Positions 43,383-57,498 of a DNA stretch of 64,000 nt are shown here, one piece after another. The notes beneath the pieces were generated by a model that ran no database searches, was not told the DNA's origin, and saw only the letters and a program-made list of their open reading frames with translations. The position numbers and the translations under genes are program-made. Origin of the DNA: Eledone cirrhosa (taxonomy: Eukaryota); contig OZ024740.1 of assembly GCA_964016885.1 (NCBI GenBank), positions 425,692,001 to 425,756,000 of the forward strand, in the 5' to 3' direction. Within the stretch, counting starts at the first letter, position 1, and each line of letters begins with the position of its first letter.

Positions 43383-43755
43383 ACTAGCAGCCATTATGAG
43401 TTAATCCTTAGACGGACTGGCATCCTGTCTAGGGGAAAACTTATTCTCTTAGTCACTTAATTCCTCATTATACTGGGGTAAGCTTTCAATTGGTGAACCT
43501 CAAAATTCGTAGGAGAAAAATGTAAGCAAGAAATGGGGTGAGGTGGGAGTGTAAAATGAATAATAATTGAAAAATTAATAAAATATACAGTCTTGAATCT
43601 GGAAATTCCACGAGTATGGCCAATATAATCTAAAGTCTGCAATAGAATTCTAGTTGCCATAAAAGCTTTCAGATAGATACCACTAAAACTGAGAGAGTAT
43701 CTTGAGCTAATCGGCAACGAAATTTCTATCCTGCAAAAATAATGATCTACTTAGA
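43383..43755. repeat. About 370-bp segment duplicated at 50414-50785 (SINE body plus adjacent sequence)
   Basis: actagcag..gacggactggcatcctgtctagggg..gaaatttctatcct in both. Confidence 0.85.
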
Positions 43756-44449
43756 GATGCACATATTCACAGAAAAGTCCCTCGTGTCTAAGGTCTTAGT
43801 TAAAACTCCAGACGGTTAGAAGATCCAGTAATCACCATATTTACTTTAGAAACACTCAATAACAATAGGGAAATAAATAAATAAGTCAATCATTGGTAAT
43901 ACAGGTGCAAATAACAAATATCGACGTTTGAAAAAGGAATGTAGGAATAATCTTGAAAAGTAAGTTTAAGAAACAAATTAATCAAATGTAAAGTTAAGTC
44001 AGTAAACGTTTATATTGTGAATAAATCCTTGATCCATTGTTAGTTATCAATCAGGCGATTAAAGATGATTGATTAAAGTAACGGTTGGTATAATTCCCTT
44101 TGGAGTTAATCTGCAGTGAAGTTCAACAGTCAGTGGCCCTGGCTTCACAAATTTCAAATGGGTTAATTTTCACTGAAAGTCAATAAAGGCGATGAAACTT
44201 TGGCGTTGATAAGAGACTGGAGATCACTTACAAAGTTAATCTGCTATTTCTTGACGTAGATGACACCTTGTCAAAAACATTAAGTGGCCCACTATGTATG
44301 TGTACATATCACTATGTTTGTATGGATGCTTCTATTTATGTACGTATATATGTGCGTACGTACGTATATATGTATGATTGTATCTATGTATATTCATTAC
44401 ATGCATACATGCATGCATATATATATATATATATATATACAAATATAAA

Positions 44450-44870
44450 TTAGCGAGAATCGTATTTCAGCTCAGGAATTAACGAAAATCAACTTCCGAG
44501 ATGTGTGGCAAGCGCTCGATGATTCATATGAATCAGAGCTACAACATACGTTAAGGGCCAAACACACTGAGATGGTGGTTAAACAAATCATCCGTACTGC
44601 CAAAATAAACGACCAAGTAATTCGGGTCAAACAATAAAAATATATGTGATTGATAATTTACCCGGACCCCTGGACTGATGGTAAAATCCAGTATTTGGGT
44701 TTCTGCGACTCCATAAATCAGGTACTGTCCGCCTACATAAAGAATGTTAGGCTTCTGGTAAGATGATTGAACAAGGGAGCCGTGTTATCAATGGGTTTTT
44801 GCTCAAAATGCTATATATAAGTGTGACTATTACTGACCCCACGTGAAGTTCAGCAAGGGAGGCAACACTT
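44450..44870 (+). mobile_element. (TA)n-flanked diverged monomer related to the reverse complement of the 615-bp unit
   Basis: Colinear blocks atgaatcagagcta, attcggg.caaaca, tacccggaccc, tgggtttctg. Confidence 0.7.
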
Positions 44871-44909
44871 ATATATATATATATTTCAGAGAAGGAGAGA
44901 TAGACAAAT

Positions 44910-47900
44910 TTCTTTATTAGCCACAAGGGCACAAAAGAAGGGGACAAATACAAATGAGGAGTTTACATACAGGTATATGAAAATAAAACTATTAATAAAA
45001 TAACAAATAACAATTGATATCCCCAATAGGGGGGAGGCGTTACACAGGGGTTGTACACACCCCGAAAAAATGTACAACCCTCATATTCAGGAGCACCAAG
45101 AGTGAGTACTCCCTTCCTCTCTTCCTCTTTTTCCTCAACCTACAGGCTTATATAGAGAGAAGGCCCAACCACTCGAGCCATCTTTGCCACATTCACCCAC
45201 CTTTTATAAAATTTGCTGGGGTACAGCACCGCTCTCTCCATCCTGATTCTTCTTCCAAAACGATATTTGAAAAAACGAATCAGTTGCTCGCCGGAGAGAA
45301 AGGTGTCTGACCTCAGCCCTTTTAATCTCGTCCACCATATAACCTCTTTCACCATAGCCATAACACATAGGAAAACTGCCTCTCACTCGTTTTTGAAGGA
45401 GGGTGGCGGTTTGATCATGACAATGGACTCAGTGGTCAACCGGATTGGTCCCACCCGCGACAATAGTCGTTCTACAGAGTCCCACAGGTCGGTAACGCCC
45501 GGGCAGTGTACAAATGCGTGCGCGACGATTTCCTCGTCGCGCACGCATCTCGGACAGATCTTTTTCGAAGGGTCCCTACCCGAGCGCCCGTGTCTGTAGA
45601 GCTTGTCTCGAACTGGTAGAGCTCCTCGGTAGCACTGCCAGGCCAGGGACTTTTGGAAGTTGTCCATTGGTCCCCGGCGGAAGGCCCTACCGAACAGACT
45701 GGCCATTTCGTTCTCCTCTTCGCCTAGAGTTTCTCCGAGCGTGTCGTCGCACTTGTTGCGGACCAACCCTTTATAGAATGTCGAAGTAGAGTCTCCACTG
45801 ATCGCCGGGTCCGTTTGCCAGAGGACTGTGAGCGCCTGAGCACATTCGATGTGCCAGTCGCCTATTTTCCTCGGTCTTTGCTTGACCTAGGACTGCAGCT
45901 CGGTCAGCGAGACGAGTCGTGGGGAGCTCGCCCAACGAACGGGGCCCACACCGGTTGTCTTGCGAGGAATACGTGAAGGTGCTGCAGCCTGAGCGCGTGT
46001 TTGCGCATCGTCAGCCACGGCACACCCAGCCCTCCGTTTGAAGGGTGTTGGCAGCAGATGGATCTTTTCACCAAAGGAACCCGTTTCTTCCAAAGGAATT
46101 GAAAGAGCGCGCGCTCCATTTTGGCTGGACAAGGCACGACGGTCAAGCGGTAGTAGATGACGGACGCGATAAAAGTGTTCGCCACCTCCGCTCGACCTTT
46201 CAATGAATGATAGTTTGCACTCGGCCACTTCTGGGTGAGCGCAAACACCTTGGCCGTCACCTCGTTCCAGTTCTTCTCCACCTGGAGGTCCGGACCAAAC
46301 CAGACCCCGAGCAGCTTTACCGGTCCTTCTGTCCAGCGTCTGACGACGCCATCGGAAGGCATCGGTTTGCCTCTCCACGTTCCGAGTTGCAAACCGACGG
46401 ATTTGTCCTGGTTCAGCTTCGCTCCTGTGAACCTTTCGTATTCATCTAGTAAGATGCCGATCGCCCCGATTTGCAAGGTGCTCGACACCATTCCAGTTAT
46501 GTCGTCGGCTTAGGCCGACGCCGCTTTTCGCTATCCCGGTTCCAAAGGGATGCCCTGCAATAGCTCCAACTTCCGCATAGTGGCTCGAGAGTCAGTACGT
46601 ACAGAAGGGAGAAGAGAGGGCATCCCTGTCGGATGGATCGCGTGATATTGAACGGCTCCGAGAGGTAGCCGTTCACATTGATCCTTGAGCAGATGTTGCT
46701 GCTGTGCATTGCAGCAATCCAGCCCCTGAACACGGGTCAGAAGACTGCCGCCTCGAGCACCGCATCCAGGTAACGATGGTCAACCCTATCGAAAGCCTTA
46801 GACTGATACAAGTTGATCAGGCCCCCCCCCTCTTTATGATGTATCGCATGAGGTGGAGGTTGTCGTGTATGGACCTGGTCGGGATTGCGAATGTCTGCGC
46901 TTCTGCCACCAGGTTTTCGACGACAAGCGCCAGCCTCTTTCCCAACACCTTGGCCAAAATCTGTAACTCTGTGTTGAGCAGAGATATGGGCCGGAAGTTG
47001 CCTATGTTATCCCCCTTGTTCTCGTCCTTCCTGACTAACGTGATTACGCCCTTGGTCACAGAACTGGGAATTCTCCCGTTCTGCTGCCAGTTGCAGTAGA
47101 CCGCTTCCAGGAGACCGGAGAACAAGTCCGGCATTGCTACGTAAAATTCGTAGGGTAGACCGTCGAGAGCTGGAGATTTTCGTTTGCTGCATTGGCTCAG
47201 CGCGTCCCCTATTTCAGCGGATGAAATCGGCCTTTCGCAGAACTTCACCTCGCTGTCCGAGAGTCGCTGTAAGCCGTCGAGGTATGGACGGAAATCAATA
47301 GCCCCTCCCGGCGCGCCGCCCTACCCGAACAGTTGAGCAAAGTGCCGCTGAAAGGCCGCGCACATCTGCTGCGGTTCACGTATCACGCGTCCGTCTTGGT
47401 TCTTCAAAGACCGAATCATGGACTTGTTGCCATTTTTCGTCTCCGTCACTCGGGCCCAGCTAACAGCTTTGGCTCCCTCGTTTCCCAGAGCACGTATTTT
47501 GCTTCTGACAATGCAGCATTTATGCTTTGCGTCGAAGAACTGGCCCAAGGCCGTTCTCGTCGCTAGCACGCTGGCTACGTTGCCACTCCTAAGTGCCTCT
47601 TCTACTTTATCTACCAGTTCCTTTTCGGTCTTATTTCTATCTAACACTAATTCTTTACTAAACCTACCGAGTCTAATCTAACTGCCCTCTTTAGAGAGTA
47701 CCACCATCTGTTGTTGACAATGGCCCTCGTCAAGTGCTGCTTCACTAAAGTGCTAATCCGTCTACTGTAGGCTTTGCATATCGGTAACGACAGGTTCAGC
47801 TTCCAGTAGCCGGGTCCCTGTCTATGGGTTTTGTCAAGGTTGACTAAGCAGGTCACTAATTTGTGATCTGAATAGGCAACCACGAACATTTGTGGACAGC

Positions 47901-50207
47901 TTAACCTGTCCTTATCCTTCTTTCTAACTAGAACCCTATCTATGTACGATCTAGATGTTCCACCATGATTAGTCCACGTCCACAGTGGCACAGTCGGAAA
48001 ATCTAGTCGATATCTATCGGCCAGGTCAAATCGGCCGATTAACTGTTTGAGGCTGTTACACCCCCTCTATCGGGACATGCTCCCACATAGTCCCAACGTG
48101 CATCTAGGATTCCATTCCAGTCCCCCACTAACAGCAGGGAGCGGGACATTCCCAGAAAATCTCTAGATGTTTGTAGAAGTCTGGCCGCGGTGTCCCGGAT
48201 GGGGCATATGCGGCCACCAGCCTGAAGGCTCCACCTTCACTACCGTCAACGTCTAGGACCACCAGTCGACCCTCCGGGTCTAGATGTACCGTCTGTGTTA
48301 CGAGGTCCAGGTGTTTTCGCAGCAAAACGGCAGCCCCACCCACCCCCCGGCTGACAGAGAGATGCGTAGATCTCAAAGTCGTCAAAGATGGGGGCCAGTT
48401 GTCGCTCGCTGTGGATCCTGGACTCGCAAATGGCTACTACATCCATACTGTGCGACCTGATGTCGTTTAAGAGTTTGCCCTGTTTCCAGGGCATCCCCAG
48501 GCCGCGTACGTTCACACATCCAACTCTTATATTGGCCATGTTGGTGCTGAAAAGTTAAAAGAAGAGGAAAAGAAATCACTCACCTCTTCATCTCCTGGGG
48601 ACCAGGCTGCACAATTTCCATGGGGGTGTTGGAGGGGTTGTTTGGTGGGGTGGTGGTCTCTGGCGGGGTGAGGACGGAAATGTTTGGTGGGGAGGGTGTG
48701 TCAGGTGGGGTGGGGGTGTCTGTGGTGGGAGTGACTGCGGTGGGGGTGAGGAAACATTTCAAAAGGACGCGGTTATAGGGTTTGATGCAAGGGTTACCTA
48801 CGTCGTTAGGAAATTTTTCTTTTAACTGTTTATGTGTCCATGGAGATCCTAATCATTTTAAGATTAGGATTCTCCGCAGAGTGTGTAAAAGTTTTCCCTT
48901 CGGACTCCACCGAAGGGTTTTTATATATGGTGTCTGTTAAAGTTTTATTGTTAGTATTTATGTAGGTGTAACATTTTTGTTTTGTTGTGTTGCTTTTTTT
49001 CTGTGGTTCTTGTGTGTGTTTACGTTTTGTAGTAGGTGTTTTGTTTACAGGAGGGGGTGTTTTTGTTTGTGCTGTTTGCGTCGCTTGTATTGGTGTTTGT
49101 GTGTTTGTTGCATTTTTGTTTGTGTTGTCTTTTCTTTTTTCTTTTTACTGGTCGGATAGGCTCTCCCTCATCGTCACTGGGTGACGATGATGAGGCCTCA
49201 TTCGTGTTGTTAGGGAGGGGTACATTTTGGGGAGCTGTTATGTGTGTGGGTGTTTCTGGAGTTGTTTTAGGTGGGGAGAGGTTGGGTGGGACTGTGTTTG
49301 CAGTTTGGTTTGTTTTTGTGTGTTGTTGTTGTTGTGGTGGTGGTAGTGGTGGTGGTGTCGGCAGTAGTGCCTTTTTTTAATGCAGTTAATTGTGGACAGT
49401 AAGCCCTCAGGTGACCACTGCTTAAACAGTGGTAACATGAAGGCCGCCTACCCTCAACAGAAATGTTTATGTAGGAATTTCCATCCAGAGGCACATGTTG
49501 TGGTATTCTAGCTATCCGTTCTGGTCTCATTTGGACCAGAACTTCTAAGCTTGTACCGTTGAATATGACCCTGGAGGACTTTCCTACCGAAATTACTGTG
49601 TCTTCATCAAAATTGATGAAACCAGCTATTATCCACCAGATGTTTACATTTCGTGTGATGTTTGTTACTTTTATTTGTTGGGTCCTTTTTCCCATGTATG
49701 TGGGGAAAAAGGTGTAGAGCGGGGACACAATTGGCGACACAGAATATTTCTGTGCCGTCAATTGGTCTTTCATTATTATTGATAAACTCCCGAAGAGTTT
49801 TCCCTTCTGTATGAAGGCAATGTCCTTCATGGAGTTTCTTAGAACCAGTTCAATTTCGTTTTGAGTTAATTGAGCTGGTTTTCTGGTGGTATTTGAGATT
49901 GTCCTAAAAACTATGGTCTTCAGGACAGTGTCTCTACGCAATTCTTGGGGAGAAGTAATGCTAAAAGCGCCATCCTTCCCAAAAGTTATATATTGCTTGG
50001 CCTCTCTTAGCAATTCTCCAGCATTAGAGATGTTAATCTGTGTATATAGTTCTGTCTTTTAGACAGTTTGTGCAAATGAGACCTTTTTTTTTCCTTGTTT
50101 GTGGAGTTTTTCTAGTTGGTGTTGTTGTCATTATTGTTGCTGCTGTTGGTGTTGTTGTCATCATTGTTGCTGTTGTTGTTGTTGTCATTGTTGTCGTTGT
50201 TGTTGGA
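44910..50207 (-). mobile_element. Near full-length degenerate Tx1/L1-clade element: ORF1 about 50170-48580, ORF2 48539-45140
   Basis: ORF1 CYHCLSSGHLRAYC knuckle; ORF2 VNVRG, SDH, RQGCPL, CPRC..H..C with many frameshifts; gata repeats at both ends. Confidence 0.92.
49267..50013 (-). pseudogene. Largest open segment of Tx1 ORF1 (zinc knuckle)
   Basis: 248-aa frame with CX2CX4HX4C. Confidence 0.8.
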
Positions 50208-51210
50208 GATAGATAGATAGCCAGATAGTCATTTTCACACGCACAAGTTTGTATGTGTATAAATATATATGTAATGTGTGTGTATATATGACATATATAG
50301 AGTGTGTATAGAGTGGATCTATGGAGGTACTATACATATTTCTCCTGTTAGGTTGATGTTGTTACCGTCGTCGTTTAATGTTCATGTTGGTGTTTTCCAT
50401 AAGATCAACACTTACTAGCAGTAACTATGAGTTAATCCTAGGACGGACTGGCATCCTGTCTAGGGGAAAACTTATTCTCTTAGTCACTTAATTCCTCATT
50501 AAACTGGGATAAGCTTTCAATTGCTGAACCTCAATATACGTGATAGACTTCGTAGGAGAAAAATATAGGCAAGAAATGGGTGGATAAAAGAATAATAATT
50601 GAAAAATTAATAAAATATAGTCTTGAACCTGGAAATTCCACAAGTATGGTCAATATAATCTAAAGTCTGCAATAGAATTCTAGTTGCCATAAAAGCTTTA
50701 AGATCGATACCACTAAAACTGAGAGAGTATCGTGAGTTAATCGGCATCGAAATTTCTATCCTACAAAATAATGCTCTACTTAGAACTGTACATATCCAGG
50801 GACTTTTCTGCATATATGTGCAGTTCTAAGATTAAAACTTACCGAATAATCCTCTAATCAAAAGTGTTTTAGCTCTGACCATTTTTGATTTAAGTTTACA
50901 GTATCGTTCTTCCGACATAGTATAGCTGGGACTACATTCTTCAATGGGACTACATGTCTTCTCCCTGGTCTATGCGATGTAGTTGTGATTTAAAAAGGTT
51001 TTCTGTAGGTCGATCCACTATATCATGGTGTTTCTTTTAAGACCGTCTTCTCTGTATATACTGCACTGCTGTAAACAAGGTTTACCTTCTCTCAATACAA
51101 GCTCCAGAAGTGTGGAAAGTTCTTCATAGAAACATTACAACTTTATCTTTACACACATAGGTACACAAGTGCACCCCCCCCCACACACTCGCACACACAC
51201 AAACACACAA

Positions 51211-51241
<31 letters not shown>

Positions 51242-51259
51242 CATACATACACACATATT

Positions 51260-51670
51260 TCCGATAACGAGTGTTCCAGTTGTTTGCTATACAGAAAGGC
51301 ATGCTCGTAAAGTTAACGTGAATGTGGCTGCGTATTCCATAGACATGCTCTCAATTAACATAATTCTCAGGGAGATTCAGTATTACACAGTGTAGGAAAA
51401 AGCTGGCTTTTTAAAATACAAGTACAACTCAATTTTGTGAGGACTGTAGCAACATGAAACAGTGTCTTAGTGAAGGGCTGAACAGGCCACTGGGAATTCA
51501 TTCCAGTTCATTCAGCTGAGAAATATTTGTTGTACTTGTAAGTAAAATACCCAGCCTTTTCACTCACACATTATGTCATACAAAATCATCCAGCGAATTG
51601 AGTTAAGGGTACACAAGCCTGTTGAATGCTCAGCCACCTGCACGTAATTTTAAGAACAGGTCCAGGCATT
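51260..51670. mobile_element. Old SINE-like remnants in two orientations
   Basis: gtggctgcgtattcca vs gaatgctcagccac; tacaagtacaac vs gttgtacttgta. Confidence 0.45.
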
Positions 51671-51867
51671 GATCAATACATACACTAATATGGATGTGTA
51701 TGTATGTGTAAATAGTTAGTGGCTGACAGCTGAGCTCATGCCTTTTAAACGGCGAATGAATAACATTTATAGATAATATATACATTCTACTTTCTCAAAT
51801 ATCTAGGACTTAGGTGAACATGGTCTTACTAGTCAACACTAGTACCTCCCAATCTATTTATATATAC

Positions 51868-51922
<55 letters not shown>

Positions 51923-51999
51923 CAAGGGAGTGTAAACGCAGAAAATATCTTTAAAAATAATTAATAAATTTCAAAAATTTCACTGTACTCACTATATGT

Positions 52000-52080
52000 G
52001 CCCTTACCGCGGTTTCAGATCCCAAACAAATAGATAATCCAAGCGGAGTTCCATTGAGAAAGAAATCATCGTCAGAAGGC
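52000..52080 (-). ncRNA. Minimal hammerhead ribozyme with palindromic stem III
   Basis: GCCUU-CUGACGA-uGAUUUC..GGGAUCu-GAA-ACCGCGGU-A-AGGGC. Confidence 0.8.
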
Positions 52081-52298
52081 TTTTCTCTCTCGGAGAATAT
52101 AAAATTCCCGGGTTAAAATTACAAACTGGCGCCATTCCAAACTGCCTCAGAATGAGAGCAAATGAATGATGAAACAGTTTTGTTATGGACCCGTTAAGGG
52201 TGAAAGCAGCGATTCTTTGCTTAAACTTATATATTTGATATATATTTATCGTTATCGAGCCCTCTTTGGATTTTAGTCTTCAAATTTATTATTATTAC

Positions 52299-52386
<88 letters not shown>

Positions 52387-52689
52387 GTAAATAAAGGTCA
52401 GTTGATTCAATCAAAAACTTTGGTTTTTTATTCAAGATAAGTTCATATGCTGACCAAGATACTCTCATGGAATGACCAAATGATGTTTATTTTTCAACAT
52501 ATTTCCTGGAAAGAAAGCATGCAGTTATTAATAAGAAATTAATGCATGCAAGATTTCACAGCTGTAGCATCACTCCTTTATAGTGAGTCTATGAACTTTT
52601 CAGCCCACACTCGTATATATACTCTGTGATGTTACATGCGTACAATTGTTGGATCCTACTTGTGGATTGTACCTCAGAGAGAGGGAGAG

Positions 52690-53070
52690 AGAGGGGGGAG
52701 CGAGATGAAGAGAGAGAGGGGTTAGTGAGTGTATGTGTGAGTGTGTGTGTGTAGGAGTGGGTGAGAGAGAGAGAGAGGGGGAGGGAGTGAGAAGAAGAGA
52801 GAGAAGAGATAGGGGGTTAGTGAGTGTATGTGTGAGTGTGTGTGTGTTGGAGTGGGTGAGGGAGAGAGAGAGGGGGAGGGAGTCAGAGGAAGAGAGAGAG
52901 AAGAGAGAGGGGTTAGTGAGTGTATGTGTGAGTGTGTGTGTGTAGGAGTGGGTGAGAGAGAGAGGGGCGGAGGGAGGAAGAGGAAGAGAGAGAGAGAGGA
53001 GAGAGAGGGGATTAGTGAGTGTATGTGTGAGTGTGTGTGCGTGTGGAAGTGGCTGAGATAGAGAGAGAGA
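52690..53070. repeat. About 95-bp composite (GA/GT) tandem repeat, about 4 copies
   Basis: ttagtgagtgtatgtgtgagtgtgtg recurs four times. Confidence 0.85.
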
Positions 53071-54739
53071 GAGGGTAAAGTCAAACAGGATAAATAAACC
53101 GAGAACAATACAGTGCACTATGCATGTATATATGTGAATATGTGTGTATATGTGTGTATGTGTGCATGTGTATATAAGTATGTGTGTATGTGTGTATGTA
53201 TGTGTGTATGTGTGTATATGTGTGTATATGTGTGCATGTGGGTATATAAGTATGTGTGCATGTGTGTATGTATGTGTGTATGTGTCTATGTGTGTATGTG
53301 TGCATATAAGTATGTGTGTATATCTGTACGTATATGTTTATGTGTATATATGTGTGTATGTATGTGTATGTATATATATATATGTATATATGTGTGTATG
53401 TTCCTGTATAGACAAGTTAAGTACATAAGTTTGCCACCTTACATTAACTAACTTCAAACCATATATATGAATGTGTGTGTATATGTATGTGTATGTGTGT
53501 ATATATGTGTGTACATGTGTATATAATTATGTGAGCATGTGTGTATGTATGTGTGTGTATGTGTGTATGTGTGTATATGTGTGTATAAGTATGTGTGTAT
53601 ATGTGTATATATGTTTGTATGTTCCTGTATAGACAAGTTAAGTACATAAGTTTGCCACCTTACATTAACTAACTTCAAACCATATATTCAGTGAACATGA
53701 CAATTTGTTGATTTTTAATCCGGTTGAAGGATGTCGTGTGGACACCATGTTGGATTATTTCTTAATCTCTTTTACTTCACACACTTTTTTATACATTTCA
53801 TTATTTTCCCTTATGTTTCCCTTAAAAGTTTTCTTGTATTTGTTGTTGTTGTTGTTGTTGTGGTTGTTGTGTTGTTTTTTGTTGTTGTTGTTGTTGTGGT
53901 TGTTGTGTTGTTGTTTTTTGTTGTTGTTGTTTTTGGTGTTGTTGCTGCTGTTGCTATTATTGTTGTTGTTGTTGTTGTTTTTGTTGTAGTGGTAGTTGTT
54001 TTTTGTTGTCGTAGTTGTTTTTTGTTGTCGTTGTTGTTGCTGCTGTTGCTCTTCTTCTTCTTCTTCTTCTTCTTCTTCTTCTTCTTCTTCTTCTTCTTCT
54101 TCTTCTTCTTCTTCTTCTTCTTCTTCTTCTTCTTCTTCTTCTTCTTCTTCTTCTTCTTCTTCTTCTTCTTCTTCTTCTCATGTCTTACACTACATGCAAC
54201 GGGCATGTGACATCTTTCCACACACCACCCTTTTACAAGCTTCAGGGAGAGACAAACTAATAATAAAGTCAACCCAACCTCACACATCCTTCACCTGAAG
54301 AAACTATCAGTACTTCAGCCTCCTCACTTAATCCCACTGTTACCTTTCAACCAAACAAACTTTGATGATATTACGTCATGTACTTAGTCACCACCACCAT
54401 CTTTACATACCGGCTCTCGTGTATATATATATATATTTATGTTTGTTGGTTCACCACTGGACAGAATTGGTCATTCCGTATGGTCAACCTCCATGTAATA
54501 TTATGGAGAGCACTCGACGTAATACAACTCACTCTTCTTCGTTTGTGTAGTTGGTGGTGCGAGTACGGAGTTAATTATTATAAAATAACAGGAGGCTGGA
54601 CTGGTGTAGTTCCTTAAAAGGTTTATTATGCTATGATCATTTCAGTGACCTGGTTCAGTATGAATCCGGTGACATCATCGGGTAATTTAACAAACAAAAA
54701 CCTTTTAAAGAACTACACCAGTCCAGCCTCCTGCTATTT

Positions 54740-54772
<33 letters not shown>

Positions 54773-54950
54773 TGTTTCTACTTTTGGCACAAGGCCAGCA
54801 ATTATCCAGTACATTACTGGTACTTTATTTTATCGACCCCGTAAGGATGAAAGGCAAAGTTAACCTCGGCAGGATTCGAACTCAGAATGGCAAGAGTCGT
54901 AAGTCTATGCGTCAAAGCATAGTGTCCAACCCTCTACCGATACTGCCAAT
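54740..54950 (-). mobile_element. tRNA-derived SINE with (AAT)n tail
   Basis: Same family as 20576. Confidence 0.88.
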
Positions 54951-54979
54951 CAATAAATTTTTCCATTACTATTACAAGG

Positions 54980-55064
54980 GGTCTGACGAGCTGCGGATTA
55001 CAGAGTCGGATCAGATTGATACAGATCGAACCTTGAGTTGATCAGTGGCGAAACGCGCGTCACC
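54980..55064 (+). ncRNA. Minimal hammerhead ribozyme with long stem II, followed by AATAAA
   Basis: GGU-CUGACGA-GCUGC..GUGGC-GAA-ACGCGCGU-C-ACC. Confidence 0.8.
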
Positions 55065-55227
55065 ACCCAATAAACGTAATGAAGGAGTAACCAATCGTCC
55101 TTGTTATTTTATTTCACTATAATACACTCTGTCTAGCTAGCTCTACACCTCGTCACTGAAGTGAACTTACAGTAACTCCAAATTACACTCCCTGGATATA
55201 TATATATATATATATATATAATAACCC

Positions 55228-55286
<59 letters not shown>

Positions 55287-55492
55287 TTTCTGAATTTGTT
55301 TAGCAAGATTCTTTATCTGAAAACGTGTGTTGAAACCGATATTGTTATACTTTGGGAGGGTCATGTTGCCAATAAGAAACACGCGCACCAGTTGCTTTCA
55401 CTTCAATTTATTATAATAAATTTATAAATTTAGGAATATATAAATTTCCGGTTGGTTGGTTGGTTCCACAACCAGATGGTTGTTTATATATT

Positions 55493-55535
55493 GTCAAAGT
55501 TCTTTCGTCACACATTCTGTGACCTCTTCAGTGAC
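55493..55535 (-). ncRNA. Minimal hammerhead ribozyme in family Z element
   Basis: GUCA-CUGAAGA-g-GUCAC..GUGAC-GAAA-GAAC-UU-UGAC. Confidence 0.75.
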
Positions 55536-55594
55536 TGGGGATTCTTTTCTTTGTTTTTGTGCCTCTCCTTTGTTCTGTCTTACGCCATCTTGTT

Positions 55595-55662
<68 letters not shown>

Positions 55663-56643
55663 GAGTTTAGATCGATATCCAGTGATTTCGATCTTGTTGT
55701 TTACAATTTCTTCACCAAATTCATTTGGAACACAGGCATTAGATTAATTGTAAAAGGGTAAAGAATCCATTCTGTCACAGTTCGAATTTTCTCCATGGGA
55801 TTTGCATCTAGAAAATTCTCCTCCGAGTCACAAGTCCGGGTAAGGTTGTTTGTGGAAAATAATATATACCAGTCACCTCTCTCTACGCCATGGATGTCTA
55901 AATAAAGGTAATGGTCGATTCAGCTTGGCATCAGTCACGTCACAAACCATTTCTAGGGCTGAGTAAACAACATGGTCATAAATTTAAGGAGGTGGCTTAA
56001 AACTCACGAGGTGTGGGTTAGATCCCACTATCATGCCATCCGGATGAGTGTCCTTTACTGTATTTACGGACTGGTTGAAGCCTTGTGAGTTACACGGGAT
56101 ATTCGGAACTGTTCCGAAACCTATGGGTTGGATCTTTTCTAGGGGCTAATCCCATGGTGCAACTCCCATCTGTGAGCGAAGGGAGTCTTTACCCTTTTAC
56201 AATTAATCCAATACGTGTGTGCATATTGGCGACAATGACACAATAGTGTCACCTTGAATGTGTCTAATAATTACGTTAAAGATACACGTGTCTGTGGTCG
56301 GTACTATTGGAACAACTCATTGTCGAAACTGACGAAACTCCATTTGCTCATTTCATATTTTATTACACCAATTTCCCCCTTTGTTTATGAATCTCATTTA
56401 CCGGTTTTTATACGATGTAACATCAAAAGCACCTCATGTCATCAACTTTCTGTATTTACTACTGAGATGAGTTGGGAGGGATCTGTATAAAATGGCGCGT
56501 GGTTGACATATAGCAACATCTGTCACTATAAACACTTTTATCTCCAGGGGAGGCCGAAATCTCAAATTGAGTAAAAGCCATAGGTAGATCTGGCCGCAAA
56601 TTATTCGACACCTGTCACCTGTGCTTACAGTAATCATTATTTC

Positions 56644-56740
56644 TTAACTTTGCCTTTCATCCTTACGGGGTCGATAAAATAAAGTACCAGTAATGTACTG
56701 GGTAATTGCTGGCCTTGTGCCTAAAGTAGAAACAATTATT
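56644..56740 (+). mobile_element. 5'-truncated SINE
   Basis: Core and tail only. Confidence 0.8.
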
Positions 56741-57032
56741 TCTTTATTAAGGACCTATAAACGATATTAATCAGCCGTTCACGAATATGTATATTTTTTT
56801 CAAAGCTTTTCTTTTAATTACTCCATATAAAAGTAACTGAACTCTTGGCTGTTATGTAGAGGGCAACTCTTAATTATTTCTTTCGTAAATAGGTAGATAC
56901 CCGTGGTAGATACCCGTGATTATATATAGGTTTAGAAGGTAGAGTGTTTGGCTCATGTAGAAAAATGATGGAAGGCCAATACCATTATATATATATATAT
57001 ATAGGATTTAGCTTCAGGCATAGCTGTATACA

Positions 57033-57336
57033 AATATGTATAGAAATGTCGTGTTTCTAAAGAAACACGGTTTTAGGAAGCAGTAATGATGCAAATAAGA
57101 TTAATCACCTCATTTACACAGATGAGAAAACTATATATTCTCAACTGTTCTCAAGTCCAGCAGTCGCAAGCGCTGGGAGGGATGGACCGTCCTGAGGACG
57201 ACGAGGCAAGTCTGAAATGCATAGACGGTTCTCTCCCTTGCTTCTGTTGGACACCACCAGAGGGCGTTAGCCCTGGCGTTTGCATAGCTACGGCTTCCTA
57301 AAACTGTGTTTCTTTAGAAATACGAAATTTACATAT
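57033..57336 (+). mobile_element. HHR element with an inverted copy of its 3' end
   Basis: tttctaaagaaacacggttttaggaagc / gcttcctaaaactgtgtttctttagaaa. Confidence 0.8.
57186..57229 (+). ncRNA. Minimal hammerhead ribozyme with palindromic stem III
   Basis: ACCGUC-CUGAGGA-cGAC..GUCu-GAA-AUGCAU-A-GACGGU. Confidence 0.82.
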
Positions 57337-57371
57337 AAGAATGAAACAGTTCTAGTCCTGTAGAATCTCAA

Positions 57372-57490
57372 CCCCGTAAGGATGAAAGGCAAAGTTAACC
57401 TCGGCGGGATTTGAACTCAGACCGTAAAGGGACGTAACTATGCTGGAAAGCATGGCGTCCGACCCTCTACGGATACTGCCAAATCACCGC
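57372..57490 (-). mobile_element. SINE lacking its 3' part
   Basis: Head plus half the core. Confidence 0.8.
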
Positions 57491-57498
57491 CTTGAGGA

